Positions 19,945-28,528 of a stretch of 64,000 bases of DNA are shown in pieces; position 1 is the stretch's first letter, and each line of letters starts with the position of its first letter. Source of the stretch: an uncultured delta proteobacterium (GTDB lineage Bacteria; Desulfobacterota; Binatia; Binatales; Binataceae); the NCBI GenBank assembly GCA_963711565.1, contig CAVQEQ010000003.1, forward strand, positions 896,001 through 960,000, given 5' to 3'. A program made the position numbers and the translations under genes. The notes beneath the pieces are model-generated. The model was not told the origin of the DNA. It made no database searches and worked only from the letters and a program-made list of their open reading frames with translations.

Positions 19945-19976
19945 TGCAGTCGCGCCATTGCAGCCCCCGCACTGCA
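19945..19976. promoter_or_regulatory. Candidate enhancer (UAS): three TGCA at 14-bp spacing
   Basis: TGCA at 19945, 19959, 19973; TGCAG-N8-CTGCA dyad at 19959-19976; about 75-105 bp upstream of the -24 element. Confidence 0.5.
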
Positions 19977-20036
19977 TCGAGCTCGAGCCTCGCGCTTCCT
20001 TGACTTCGACCGCGATCGGCATATTTTCATGTTTCG

Positions 20037-20846
20037 ATGACGCAGTACTGGCCATTCTCGGGACTGATGCGACAGAACGCGCTGCGCGAGCGGCTGATCG
20101 TCTCGCTCGATCTGCGCGACCGCGGCGAAGCGCTCAAGCTGGTGGACCGGCTGGCGCGGGTGGTCGGGATGTTCAAAGTCGGGCGCGCGCTGTTCGTCGG
20201 CGGCGGCCCGGATTTCATTCGCGAGATTCGCCGACGCGGCGCCGAAGTCTTTCTAGACCTCAAATTCCACGACAGCCCGCAGAAGGTGCTGCGCGCCGCC
20301 GTCGAGGCGACGCGGCTTGGCGTCAAGATGTTCGACCTTCACCCCTACGGCTCCAACTGCGGCTCGACCGAGATGATGACGCGGACGCGCACCGAGGTCG
20401 CACGCATCTGCCGGACCGAGGGTCTTCGGCGCCCCAGTATCCTGGCGATCGCGACGCTCGCCGAAATGAAGTCCGCGAATTCAAGCCCACGAACGCCGGT
20501 CTCGCCCGACCGGGTCACCGAGATCGCGCGCTTCGCCGCCGACGCGTCGCTCGACGGCGTCGTCACGTGGCCGCATGAAGTCCCGCGCGTTCGCAACAGT
20601 TGCGGACGCCGATTCATTATCGTGACGTCGGGCGTACGGCTGCGCGAGGTCGCGAGCCCAGCCTCGAATGCGATCACCGCCGCCGACGCGATCCGCGCGG
20701 GCGCCGACTACGTCGTCGTCGGCAGTCCGATCTGGAGTGCGACCGAGCCGATTCGCGCCGTGCGCGAGATTACCGACGACATCGAGCGCGGACTGCGCAA
20801 CAACCCGCGGCGCACGTTTGAAATTCTCAACCCCCGTCCCGTATAG
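20037..20846 (+). CDS. Divergent orotidine-5'-phosphate decarboxylase (PyrF) homolog
   Basis: LIVSLD, FKVG, FLDLKFHD, AIRAGADYVVVG; several substrate-binding motifs altered (see findings); alternative start 20067. Confidence 0.8.
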   Translation: MTQYWPFSGLMRQNALRERLIVSLDLRDRGEALKLVDRLARVVGMFKVGRALFVGGGPDFIREIRRRGAEVFLDLKFHDSPQKVLRAAVEATRLGVKMFDLHPYGSNCGSTEMMTRTRTEVARICRTEGLRRPSILAIATLAEMKSANSSPRTPVSPDRVTEIARFAADASLDGVVTWPHEVPRVRNSCGRRFIIVTSGVRLREVASPASNAITAADAIRAGADYVVVGSPIWSATEPIRAVREITDDIERGLRNNPRRTFEILNPRPV

Positions 20847-20929
20847 TCTCTCTTCGATCTCTCCGCGTTTGTCCTTCTCTATCGAAGCAAACTGCGATTG
20901 TGCGAAATGCCTGCAGCCGGAGCCTGTGC

Positions 20930-21757
20930 TTGCTTGAAATCCTGACTAACCTGTTCGCGCTGTCAATCGGCGCCGGTTTCATTGGCGCGATCTCGGGCCT
21001 CGGCGGCGGCGTCTTTATCGTGCCCGCGCTGATCATCTTCGCGCACATGCCGATGAAGGTCGCGGTCGGCGCGAGCCTCATCTCCGTCGTCGCGACCAGC
21101 GCCGGCGCCAGCGTCGCGTTCGTGCGCGACGGATGGACCAACCTGAAAGTCGCGATGGTGCTCGAGTGTGCAACCGTTACCGGCGCGGTGATCGGCGCTT
21201 ATCTCGCCGGCGTCGTGCCGACCGTCGTGCTCGAATTGCTCTTCGCCGCGATGATGCTCCAGTCCGCATATTTCACAATCACCAAGCACGGCGACGACAT
21301 CCTCACCAAGGGCGACGCGCTCGCCGAGCGACTCGAACTTTCGGGCGAGGTGCCCGATCTCACCGGCAACCCGATCCACTACGAAGTCGTGAAAGTTCCG
21401 CAGGGCGGTGCGCTGATGGTGGTCGCGGGGCTGATGTCGGGTCTGCTTGGGATTGGGTCGGGCGCGCTCAAGGTGATGGCGATGGACTACATCATGCACT
21501 TGCCGCTCAAGATTTCGAGCGCGACCAGCAACTTCATGATCGGCGTCACCGCCAGCGCCGGCGCACTCGTATTCCTCGCGCGCGGCGACGTCGCCACCAC
21601 TATCGCGGCACCGGTGGCAATCGGCGTCACCGTCGGCGCACTAACCGGAAGCCGTATCCTGCCGCACATCAAGGTTGAATATCTCAGGACCGTTTTCGTG
21701 ATAATTCTTCTGCTGATCGCGGCCGAGATGGGATGGCGCGCGCTATCGGGAATCTAG
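20930..21757 (+). CDS. Sulfite exporter TauE/SafE family membrane protein
   Basis: GLGGGVFIVP, GASLISVVATS, SGLLGIGSGALKV.AMD, SSATSNFMIGVTA; TTG start after GGAG. Confidence 0.9.
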   Translation: MLEILTNLFALSIGAGFIGAISGLGGGVFIVPALIIFAHMPMKVAVGASLISVVATSAGASVAFVRDGWTNLKVAMVLECATVTGAVIGAYLAGVVPTVVLELLFAAMMLQSAYFTITKHGDDILTKGDALAERLELSGEVPDLTGNPIHYEVVKVPQGGALMVVAGLMSGLLGIGSGALKVMAMDYIMHLPLKISSATSNFMIGVTASAGALVFLARGDVATTIAAPVAIGVTVGALTGSRILPHIKVEYLRTVFVIILLLIAAEMGWRALSGI

Positions 21758-21760
21758 GCG

Positions 21761-22150
21761 ATGCCAAAACAGGAAGAAGATCGAATACTCAGGGAGTGGA
21801 CGCCGATTCTGCTGCGATCGATTCTGATCGCAGCGATGATCCTCCTCGTGGCCGGACTCGTCATGACCTACACCTTCGCGCCCGACTATTACGTCGATCG
21901 CTACCACGAGGTGCAGCAAGGGCACCTGATGGGCAGAGAAAAATTCGCCCTGCTGTACGACAGGGTTCGCGAGGGCAATCCGCACGCGGTTCTGACCATC
22001 GGGCTGTTCGTGCTGACGCTCGTCCCGCTCGCGCGCGTTGCGTTCTGCTTCATCCTCTTCATCAGGGAACGCGACTACACTTATGTTGCTCTCACCGCCT
22101 ACGTGCTTGCGGGCTTGATCGTCGGCGTGCTGGTTGGGAGTGTCGGTTAG
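21761..22150 (+). CDS. DUF1634-family membrane protein
   Basis: Three TM; GLFVLTLVPLARV...ERDYTY; standard partner of this TauE subfamily. Confidence 0.8.
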   Translation: MPKQEEDRILREWTPILLRSILIAAMILLVAGLVMTYTFAPDYYVDRYHEVQQGHLMGREKFALLYDRVREGNPHAVLTIGLFVLTLVPLARVAFCFILFIRERDYTYVALTAYVLAGLIVGVLVGSVG

Positions 22151-22183
22151 AGATCGATTAGTATTCGGACGGAGGTAGGCGCA

Positions 22184-22957
22184 ATGGAAATCAAAGGCAA
22201 GGTCGGCGTCATCACCGGTGGCTCATCGGGAATCGGGCGTGCAACGTCGGAGCGATTGGCGAAGGAAGGCGCCGCGATCGTGGTCGCCGATCTCGACGAA
22301 GCGGGCGGCGCGGAAACCGTCAAGCGAATCGAGAGTGCGGGTGGTCGCGCCGTTTTCGTGAAGGCCGACGTCACCAAACTCGACGACGCGCGACGAATGC
22401 TCGACACTGCGATGTCGAAGTACGGCCGCCTCGACATCCTGCACAACAACGCCGGCATCGGCGTCGGCGCACCCGGCTATCCCGACGCGCCGCCCGAGCG
22501 ATGGCACCTCGTAATCGAGATCGATCTGCAAGCCGTGATTCTCGGCACCGGCCTCTCAGCCCCGCTGATGCAAAAGAACGGCGGCGGCGTCATCATCAAC
22601 ACCGCCTCAATGGCCGGCCTGTATCCGCATCGCCAGGACGCGGTTTACGGCGCGGCCAAGGGCGGCGTCGTGAACTTCACGCACTCGCTGGCATCGTGGG
22701 CGTCGGAGCGCAAGGTCCGCGTCAACTGCATCTGCCCGGGCATCGTCGATACTCCGATGGTGCGACGAGGATTGGAGCTGGCGAAGCAACACGGCATCAA
22801 GAGCTGGATGCCGTCGAGGATAATCCAACCCGAAGAAATCGCGGACGCAGTAGTGAGCTTGGTGCGCGACGACTCGCTCTTCGGCTGCTCGCTGGAGGTG
22901 CGCCCGACCGGCCGCCAGATTGTAGATCCGCGGCCGGCACCCGGCTCCCGCAGATAA
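22184..22957 (+). CDS. SDR family oxidoreductase
   Basis: TGGSSGIG, NNAG, YGAAK, NCICPG. Confidence 0.95.
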   Translation: MEIKGKVGVITGGSSGIGRATSERLAKEGAAIVVADLDEAGGAETVKRIESAGGRAVFVKADVTKLDDARRMLDTAMSKYGRLDILHNNAGIGVGAPGYPDAPPERWHLVIEIDLQAVILGTGLSAPLMQKNGGGVIINTASMAGLYPHRQDAVYGAAKGGVVNFTHSLASWASERKVRVNCICPGIVDTPMVRRGLELAKQHGIKSWMPSRIIQPEEIADAVVSLVRDDSLFGCSLEVRPTGRQIVDPRPAPGSRR

Positions 22958-22980
22958 AGGAGGGGGCAGCCCTTCTGCGC

Positions 22981-23292
22981 TCAGGCAGCAGAGGACGTTC
23001 GGTGAACCGGAATTCGTTCGAGTTCGGTGCGCAGTTCGCGCTCGGCGCGCCAGAGGTCGCAGGCTTGCTGCATCCGCAGCCAGATTCCGGGTCCGTTGCC
23101 GCAGAACCGGCCGAGCCGCGCGGCCATCCCCGGCGTAATCGATACCTTCTCGGCCATAATCCGATGTAGCGTCTGCCGCGTTACGCCAAGCTGTCGCGCC
23201 GCCTCGCTGACTGAGAGACCGAGCGCGGGAAGGACATCCTCGCGCAGGATGGCGCCGGGATGGGTCGGCCTTCGCTTCGCACTATCTTTCAT
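22981..23292 (-). CDS. higA: HigA-family antitoxin
   Basis: PTHPGAILREDVLPALGLSVSEAARQLGVTRQTL...WLRMQ; start uncertain (23292 or 23310). Confidence 0.9.
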   Translation of the reverse strand: MKDSAKRRPTHPGAILREDVLPALGLSVSEAARQLGVTRQTLHRIMAEKVSITPGMAARLGRFCGNGPGIWLRMQQACDLWRAERELRTELERIPVHRTSSAA

Positions 23293-23360
23293 TGCTGGCT
23301 TGATTATCATGATTGGCTTCCCGAAATCCGGAGCATCGATTATATGGCTACGCTTGAAGC

Positions 23361-23636
23361 TCAATGGTATTGCTCAAGGTCAACCTGCCACGCGTCACCC
23401 TCGTGCCACTCGAAAGTAATGCACCAAGGACCGTTTACGTGAACGCTGTAGCGCTGCGGCTTGCCGCTGAGAGGGTGGAAGTCGAAGCCGGGAATGTTGA
23501 GATCCCGCAGCGTTGCGGCCCGTTCCAGCGCATCCAGTCTTCGAATCGTCCTATTTTGGAGATCCGCCGCCACTTTTCGGCTTCGACCTTGGCGAAACAG
23601 CTCGCCAAGCCCCTTGTGGCGGAAGCCCCGTATCAC
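23361..23636 (-). CDS. higB: HigB-family (RelE/ParE superfamily) toxin
   Basis: IRGFRHKGL.ELF, FHPLSG, YSVHVNGPWCITFEW, VDLEQYH; toxin-first order. Confidence 0.92.
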   Translation of the reverse strand: MIRGFRHKGLGELFRQGRSRKVAADLQNRTIRRLDALERAATLRDLNIPGFDFHPLSGKPQRYSVHVNGPWCITFEWHEGDAWQVDLEQYH

Positions 23637-23645
23637 CCGGAAAAC

Positions 23646-23670
23646 GTAACACACCCGGTTACAGGTGTAA
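23646..23670. promoter_or_regulatory. Probable higBA operator palindromes
   Basis: GTAAC-N7-GTTAC (23646-23662) overlapping TTACA-GG-TGTAA (23659-23670), just upstream of higB. Confidence 0.6.
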
Positions 23671-23714
23671 ATCGCCCCGCTACACAGCGTCCGTTAAACG
23701 CACTCTAATCTAAT

Positions 23715-24851
23715 TCACCGCGCGCCGGCGGCTGCCGACTCTGCCTGAAACTCCCGCGAACTCCTGCTCAGCTTTGGCATTACGTGCTTGCCGATTAGGT
23801 CGACCGTCTGCATTACCTTTTCGTGGGGGACTGCGCCTACCTGCACCAGCATCAGGAGTAGATCTACTCCGGCGGATTCGTAGAACTTTGCGACCTTGAG
23901 GCAGTCTTCCGGGTCGCCGACCATCACGGCGCCTGCTTCGATTCGTTTGTCGAGATCGGCGAGCGACATCCGGTAGTCGCCGATTGCGACCGCCGCTTCC
24001 GCCAGTTTCTTGTAGTATTCGTAGCCCTTTACTTCCTGTTTGGCGAAGGGCGTGAACAGCTCGGCGGCTTTGCGCGTGGTGAAATCGATCGCGTCCTTCG
24101 CGATCACCTTCGCTTCTTCACGCGTCGGCGCGCATACACAGACCGTCGCCGCCGCGACGCGATCGTTCACGAACGCGCCGACCGGCTCGCACGTTTTGAT
24201 CGCCTTCTTGTAAACCGCGATCAGGTTGTCGAGCAGCCCCGGCTCTGAAATTCCGAAGCCGAGCGCGCCGATTCCCTTCTGCCCCGCGATTTCCCACGTT
24301 GACGGCTGCGTCGCCGCCACCCACATGGGAGGATGCGGTTTCTGGATCGGCTTCGGTATCACCTCGCGCTCCGGCATCTTGAAAAATTTGCCGTCGTGGC
24401 TGAACGTCTCGTTCATCCACATTTTCGGGATCGCGGCGACCGCCTCTTCCCACATCGCGCGCGAATCTTCCGGATTCACCTGGAAGCCGCCGAGCTCCTG
24501 CTCGGTGATCGAGCGGCCCGAGCCGAACTCGACGCGCCCGTTCGACATGATGTCGAGCACCGCGATTCGCTCCGCCACGCGCACGGGATGGTTGAATGGA
24601 ATAGGCAGCAGGCAGATGCCGTGGCCGAGCCGAATCCGCAACGTCACCTGGCTGAGCGCGCCATACCACACTTCGGGCGCCGACGAGTACGACCATTCGC
24701 TGAGAAAATGATGCTCGACAGTCCAGACCGAATGGTAGCCGAGGCGGTCCGCGAGTTTCACCTGCTCGGTGGCCTGCTGGTAGATGTCGTACATGAAGCC
24801 GGGGTAATGGGGGCGGCTCCGCTGAAGCTCATACTGCAGCGCAAATTCCAT
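23715..24851 (-). CDS. LLM-class (luciferase-like) flavin-dependent oxidoreductase
   Basis: ADRLGYHSVWTVEHHF, HPVRVAERIAVLDIMSNGRVEFGSGR, PKPIQKPHPP. Confidence 0.93.
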   Translation of the reverse strand: MEFALQYELQRSRPHYPGFMYDIYQQATEQVKLADRLGYHSVWTVEHHFLSEWSYSSAPEVWYGALSQVTLRIRLGHGICLLPIPFNHPVRVAERIAVLDIMSNGRVEFGSGRSITEQELGGFQVNPEDSRAMWEEAVAAIPKMWMNETFSHDGKFFKMPEREVIPKPIQKPHPPMWVAATQPSTWEIAGQKGIGALGFGISEPGLLDNLIAVYKKAIKTCEPVGAFVNDRVAAATVCVCAPTREEAKVIAKDAIDFTTRKAAELFTPFAKQEVKGYEYYKKLAEAAVAIGDYRMSLADLDKRIEAGAVMVGDPEDCLKVAKFYESAGVDLLLMLVQVGAVPHEKVMQTVDLIGKHVMPKLSRSSREFQAESAAAGAR

Positions 24852-24874
24852 CGACTCGTTCCTCCGTCAGTATT

Positions 24875-26023
24875 TCAGGGGTGAGCCGCATCCGGGCGCG
24901 CGGCGGGTTGTGCGGCCGTAATTCCTCCCGGCGTTTTCCACGAATGAATCTCGGCGAGCGCGTGACGGCCGATGAGGTCGATCGACTTCATGATCTTGTC
25001 GTGCGGGATGCCGCCGTACTGCAGAAAAAACAGGACCTGGTCGGCGCCGAGATCGCGGTAGCGGCTCGCGACGCGCACCGCTTCGTCCGGCGTGCCGACG
25101 GCGATCAGGTCGCCGTCCTTGAGGAAGTCGTAGTAGTCGGTCGTGAACTTGGCGGGATCGAACTTCGACGCGGTCTTCAAATATTTGTAGGACTCGTCGG
25201 TCTGGCTCGCCGCCGCGACGCTCGACACCAGCTCGAAACCCTTGCGCACGTACCACAACACTGCTTCGCGCGCGAGATGCTCGGCCTCGTAGGGGTCGTC
25301 GCTGACGAGACCCATGATGTTCATCGAGACCTGGTTGTTAATCGTCTGCCCGACCGGCCGCGCGTTCCTGATTCCTTCGCGATAGATATTGATTCGCTCC
25401 GCCACCTGCGCCAACTCGACGCCGAGCGTGAAGCAAAGCACGCCCAACCCGCGCTCCGCGGCCAGCCCGAAGGTGGTGGGATTGGTCGCGGCGACCCACA
25501 TGGGAGGATGCGGTTTCTGAATCGGCTTGGGGATCACCGAGACGGGCGGATCGACGGTCCAGTACTTGCCATGCATCGTGAACGGATCTTCGCGCCACAT
25601 CCGCGGGATCGCCTCGACCGCCTCGGCCCATCGCGGGCGCGTCTCTTCGGGACGCACGCCGAAGCCGAGCAGCTCGTCCATCGTGGTCGCGCGCCCGGTG
25701 CCGAATTCGACGCGTCCGTTGGACATGATATCGAGCATCGCGATCCGTTCCGCCACGTGGATCGGATGATTGAACGGCAGCACGACGACGCCGTGACCGA
25801 CACGAATCTGCTTCGTGCGCTGGGTGACGCAGGCAAGGAAAACCTCGGGCGCCGAGCAGTAGGAAAATTCGTTCAGGAAGTGATGCTCGACGGTCCACAC
25901 CGAATCGAAGCCGAGGCGGTCGGCCAGTTCGATCTGCGCCATCGTTTCCCAGAACACGCGATATTCGTGATCGGCGGCGTGCGGCTTGATCGACTCGATT
26001 TCGTAGATGAGGCCCGCCTTCAT
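24875..26023 (-). CDS. LLM-class (luciferase-like) flavin-dependent oxidoreductase
   Basis: ADRLGFDSVWTVEHHF, HPIHVAERIAMLDIMSNGRVEFGTGR, PKPIQKPHPP; ATGA overlap with the TetR gene. Confidence 0.93.
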   Translation of the reverse strand: MKAGLIYEIESIKPHAADHEYRVFWETMAQIELADRLGFDSVWTVEHHFLNEFSYCSAPEVFLACVTQRTKQIRVGHGVVVLPFNHPIHVAERIAMLDIMSNGRVEFGTGRATTMDELLGFGVRPEETRPRWAEAVEAIPRMWREDPFTMHGKYWTVDPPVSVIPKPIQKPHPPMWVAATNPTTFGLAAERGLGVLCFTLGVELAQVAERINIYREGIRNARPVGQTINNQVSMNIMGLVSDDPYEAEHLAREAVLWYVRKGFELVSSVAAASQTDESYKYLKTASKFDPAKFTTDYYDFLKDGDLIAVGTPDEAVRVASRYRDLGADQVLFFLQYGGIPHDKIMKSIDLIGRHALAEIHSWKTPGGITAAQPAARPDAAHP

Positions 26024-26664
26024 TTGGCGATGCTCCATTGGCGCATGAACTCGCGGGCCTGGCGGCGCAGCGAGCGGCGCAAATCGAAGCGCGGTCCGTG
26101 CAGATACCAGAGCATCGCGAGTCCCAGGTAGCTCGAAAAAATCTGCGTTGCCGCCCAGGCTGGATCGAGATCCGCGTCAAAAATTCCGAGCCGCTGCCCG
26201 CGCTCTACCTGTTCACGGAAACTCGCGATGCCGCTGAGATTCGCCTTGCGCATCGAGCGCAGCACCCGCGGCCCAATCTTGTGCGATTCGAGCGCGATGA
26301 TCAGCAGTAGCCGGCTGACCCACGGATTCTTCTCATTGAGCGCCGCCATCGTGTCGAACATCCGCTCGAACTCCGCGCGGAACTCGACGGTATTGGTCGC
26401 GCGTGCCGATTTCTCGAAGATCAGTTCCCATTCGCCGAGCACCTTGGCGACGACCGCGATGAAAAATTCTTCCTTGTCGGCGAAATGCCAATAGAGCGCG
26501 CCCTTGGTGACGCCCGCCGCGCGCGCGATTCGCGCCAGCGAGGTGCCTCGGTATCCGTACGACGCGAACAGATCCATCGCGGCGTCGATCAACACCTGGT
26601 CGAGCGAACCGCGCCGGCGCGTCGGTTGCGTCGGCGCCGCATTTTTGCGTGCTGGTGATATCAT
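26020..26664 (-). CDS. TetR/AcrR family regulator
   Basis: AAMDLFASYGYRGTSLARIARAAGVTKGALYWHFADKEE. Confidence 0.95.
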   Translation of the reverse strand: MISPARKNAAPTQPTRRRGSLDQVLIDAAMDLFASYGYRGTSLARIARAAGVTKGALYWHFADKEEFFIAVVAKVLGEWELIFEKSARATNTVEFRAEFERMFDTMAALNEKNPWVSRLLLIIALESHKIGPRVLRSMRKANLSGIASFREQVERGQRLGIFDADLDPAWAATQIFSSYLGLAMLWYLHGPRFDLRRSLRRQAREFMRQWSIAK

Positions 26665-26706
26665 CTGAACGATCGGTATGGTGAGGCAGTGCGGGTGCCG
26701 AGGTCA
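26665..26706 (-). promoter_or_regulatory. Candidate sigma70 promoter and TetR operator
   Basis: Minus strand TTGACC-N18-CACCAT followed by imperfect dyad CATACCGATCGTTCA immediately before the ATG. Confidence 0.4.
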
Positions 26707-26840
26707 AGCGCGATGTGAACTAGACGCAGCGCCGCTAAACGCGCGTGATTAAAATCGCGCGTGACGCTGCGACAGACGCTATTCTGCGCTACCGGCGGCG
26801 AGGGCGCCGCCGATCGGATGCGATCAGTCGATCGCGCGGA

Positions 26841-27065
26841 TCAGTTCTGGCTGGAAGTGCCGCCGTCGGGACCTTTCATGTTCCGCTCGAGGCACCAGCG
26901 GTCGATCACCTCGGCGTTGAAACGCCAGTCGGTGCCGATCCTGAAGCCCGGCAGCTCTCCGCGGCGAAGCAGCTTATAGATCGTTGATGGATGCACACGC
27001 AGGTACTCGGACAATTCCTTAACTGTCATCACCCGCGGCAAGCTATACTTTGTTTCACTAGCCAT
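26841..27065 (-). CDS. Small excisionase-like (HTH_17) DNA-binding protein
   Basis: VMTVKELSEYLRVHPSTIYKLLRRGELPGFRIGTDWRF; RBS GGGAG. Confidence 0.88.
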   Translation of the reverse strand: MASETKYSLPRVMTVKELSEYLRVHPSTIYKLLRRGELPGFRIGTDWRFNAEVIDRWCLERNMKGPDGGTSSQN

Positions 27066-27353
27066 GACATCTCCCGGTAACGTAAGTCCCGTCACCCTCC
27101 TACTTCCTGGATTTGATGCTCTTTTTCGCATCCGTCTAATGATTCATCCGCCCCTTACGCCCACCATGAGCCTTTTTGAATGTCTCAAAATCATCGTTGG
27201 CGGTCAAGAGCAGCCTAAGAGGATTTCCGATACTTTTCGCAGGTTTTTCCTCTTCTACTACGTGCGAAAGTCACTTAATTTTGCAGAGATACCGATAGAA
27301 AATGCGCATCAAAGCTTCTAACTGCGCCTGTGTGCGTTGAAGAGATCTTAACT

Positions 27354-27884
27354 ATGCGAAATCTCCATCGAATATCAATTGCGCTAATCTGTATTTTATT
27401 AGCTTATGCCCATCCGGCGCAAGCACAACTGTCACTGACCAGTACCGCCTTCGCCCGCGGATCAGCGATTCCTACCGACTACGCATGCACTGGCGATGAT
27501 CGATCTCCTGCGCTGAGTTGGAGCAACGCGCCGGATGCGACGAAATCGTTTGTATTGATCGTCGAAGATCCGGACGCACCGGGTGGCACATTTATTCACT
27601 GGGTGGCGTACAATATCGCGGCTCAGATAACTTCTCTGCCGACAGGCGTGCCACAAACCACGGAAATCGCAGGCGGCGGAAAAAATGGAGTCAACGGTTT
27701 CGATCACATCGGCTACAATGGACCGTGTCCGCCGCCGGGAAAAATGCATCACTATCATTTTCGTCTCTTCGCGCTGGACTCGAGATTGACTCCAGGTGAC
27801 AACGCGCGTGCGGACGCCGTCGAGTCCGCGATGAAGGGTCACGTGATCGCGACGGCCGAATTGATCGGCACATTCGAACGATGA
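27354..27884 (+). CDS. YbhB/YbcL (PEBP / Raf kinase inhibitor-like) exported protein
   Basis: Signal peptide AHPAQA; SPALSW, EDPDAP, HW, GYNGPCPP, HHYHF.LFALD. Confidence 0.92.
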   Translation: MRNLHRISIALICILLAYAHPAQAQLSLTSTAFARGSAIPTDYACTGDDRSPALSWSNAPDATKSFVLIVEDPDAPGGTFIHWVAYNIAAQITSLPTGVPQTTEIAGGGKNGVNGFDHIGYNGPCPPPGKMHHYHFRLFALDSRLTPGDNARADAVESAMKGHVIATAELIGTFER

Positions 27885-27902
27885 GGTGAAAGCGGTTCAA
27901 CG

Positions 27903-28499
27903 ATGAAGACGTTACTCAAAATTGTTGGCGGAGTGATTGTGCTTGCGGTCGTCGCGATCGTCGGCTGGCACTACTATCAAATGCATCGCGCGCGGCAGGC
28001 CGGCTTGCTCACCGAAGACATCACGCATGACGGCGATATCTGGAAGGCGGATTTCACCGCGCGCATCCCGGCGCCCGAGCAAACCGTGTTCGACGCGATC
28101 AAGAACGTCGAGAACACTCACAGCGATCAGGTCAAGTCGGTGCGGGTCGTATCGCAAAGCGGAAATAAAAAGACCGTCGATATGGATATCGCGGGGCCGG
28201 GCGGACAAGTGATTACCACCGAGCTCGAATTCGAGTATCTGCCCGACGAGAAAAAGATCGTCTACAACACCGTCAACAACCCGATGCTAGAGACCCAGGC
28301 CGTGTACCAGCTAAGCGACGAAGGCGCGAGCACGTTCATCGACTATCATCAGAATACCCATATGCTGCAGTCGCTTCCCGTCCCCGACGGCGTCATCAAG
28401 CAGGTCATTCGCGGCATCTTCGTGTCGCAGCTCGAAACCTTGAAGCGCCAGCTCAACATCACCACCGCGGACCAGACTGACGACGACGACGATCCTTGA
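27903..28499 (+). CDS. Membrane-anchored hypothetical protein, possibly SRPBCC/START-like fold
   Basis: N-terminal TM; RIPAPEQTVFDAI..., C-terminal helix QLETLKRQL. Confidence 0.55.
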   Translation: MKTLLKIVGGVIVLAVVAIVGWHYYQMHRARQAGLLTEDITHDGDIWKADFTARIPAPEQTVFDAIKNVENTHSDQVKSVRVVSQSGNKKTVDMDIAGPGGQVITTELEFEYLPDEKKIVYNTVNNPMLETQAVYQLSDEGASTFIDYHQNTHMLQSLPVPDGVIKQVIRGIFVSQLETLKRQLNITTADQTDDDDDP

Positions 28500-28528
28500 G
28501 CGGCGCTGCGTTTCGCGCGAGTAACCCG

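Noticed and set aside
26841-27065. Prophage or ICE marked by the excisionase-like gene
   Set aside because: No integrase, att-linked tRNA or phage genes nearby; flanks are metabolic genes
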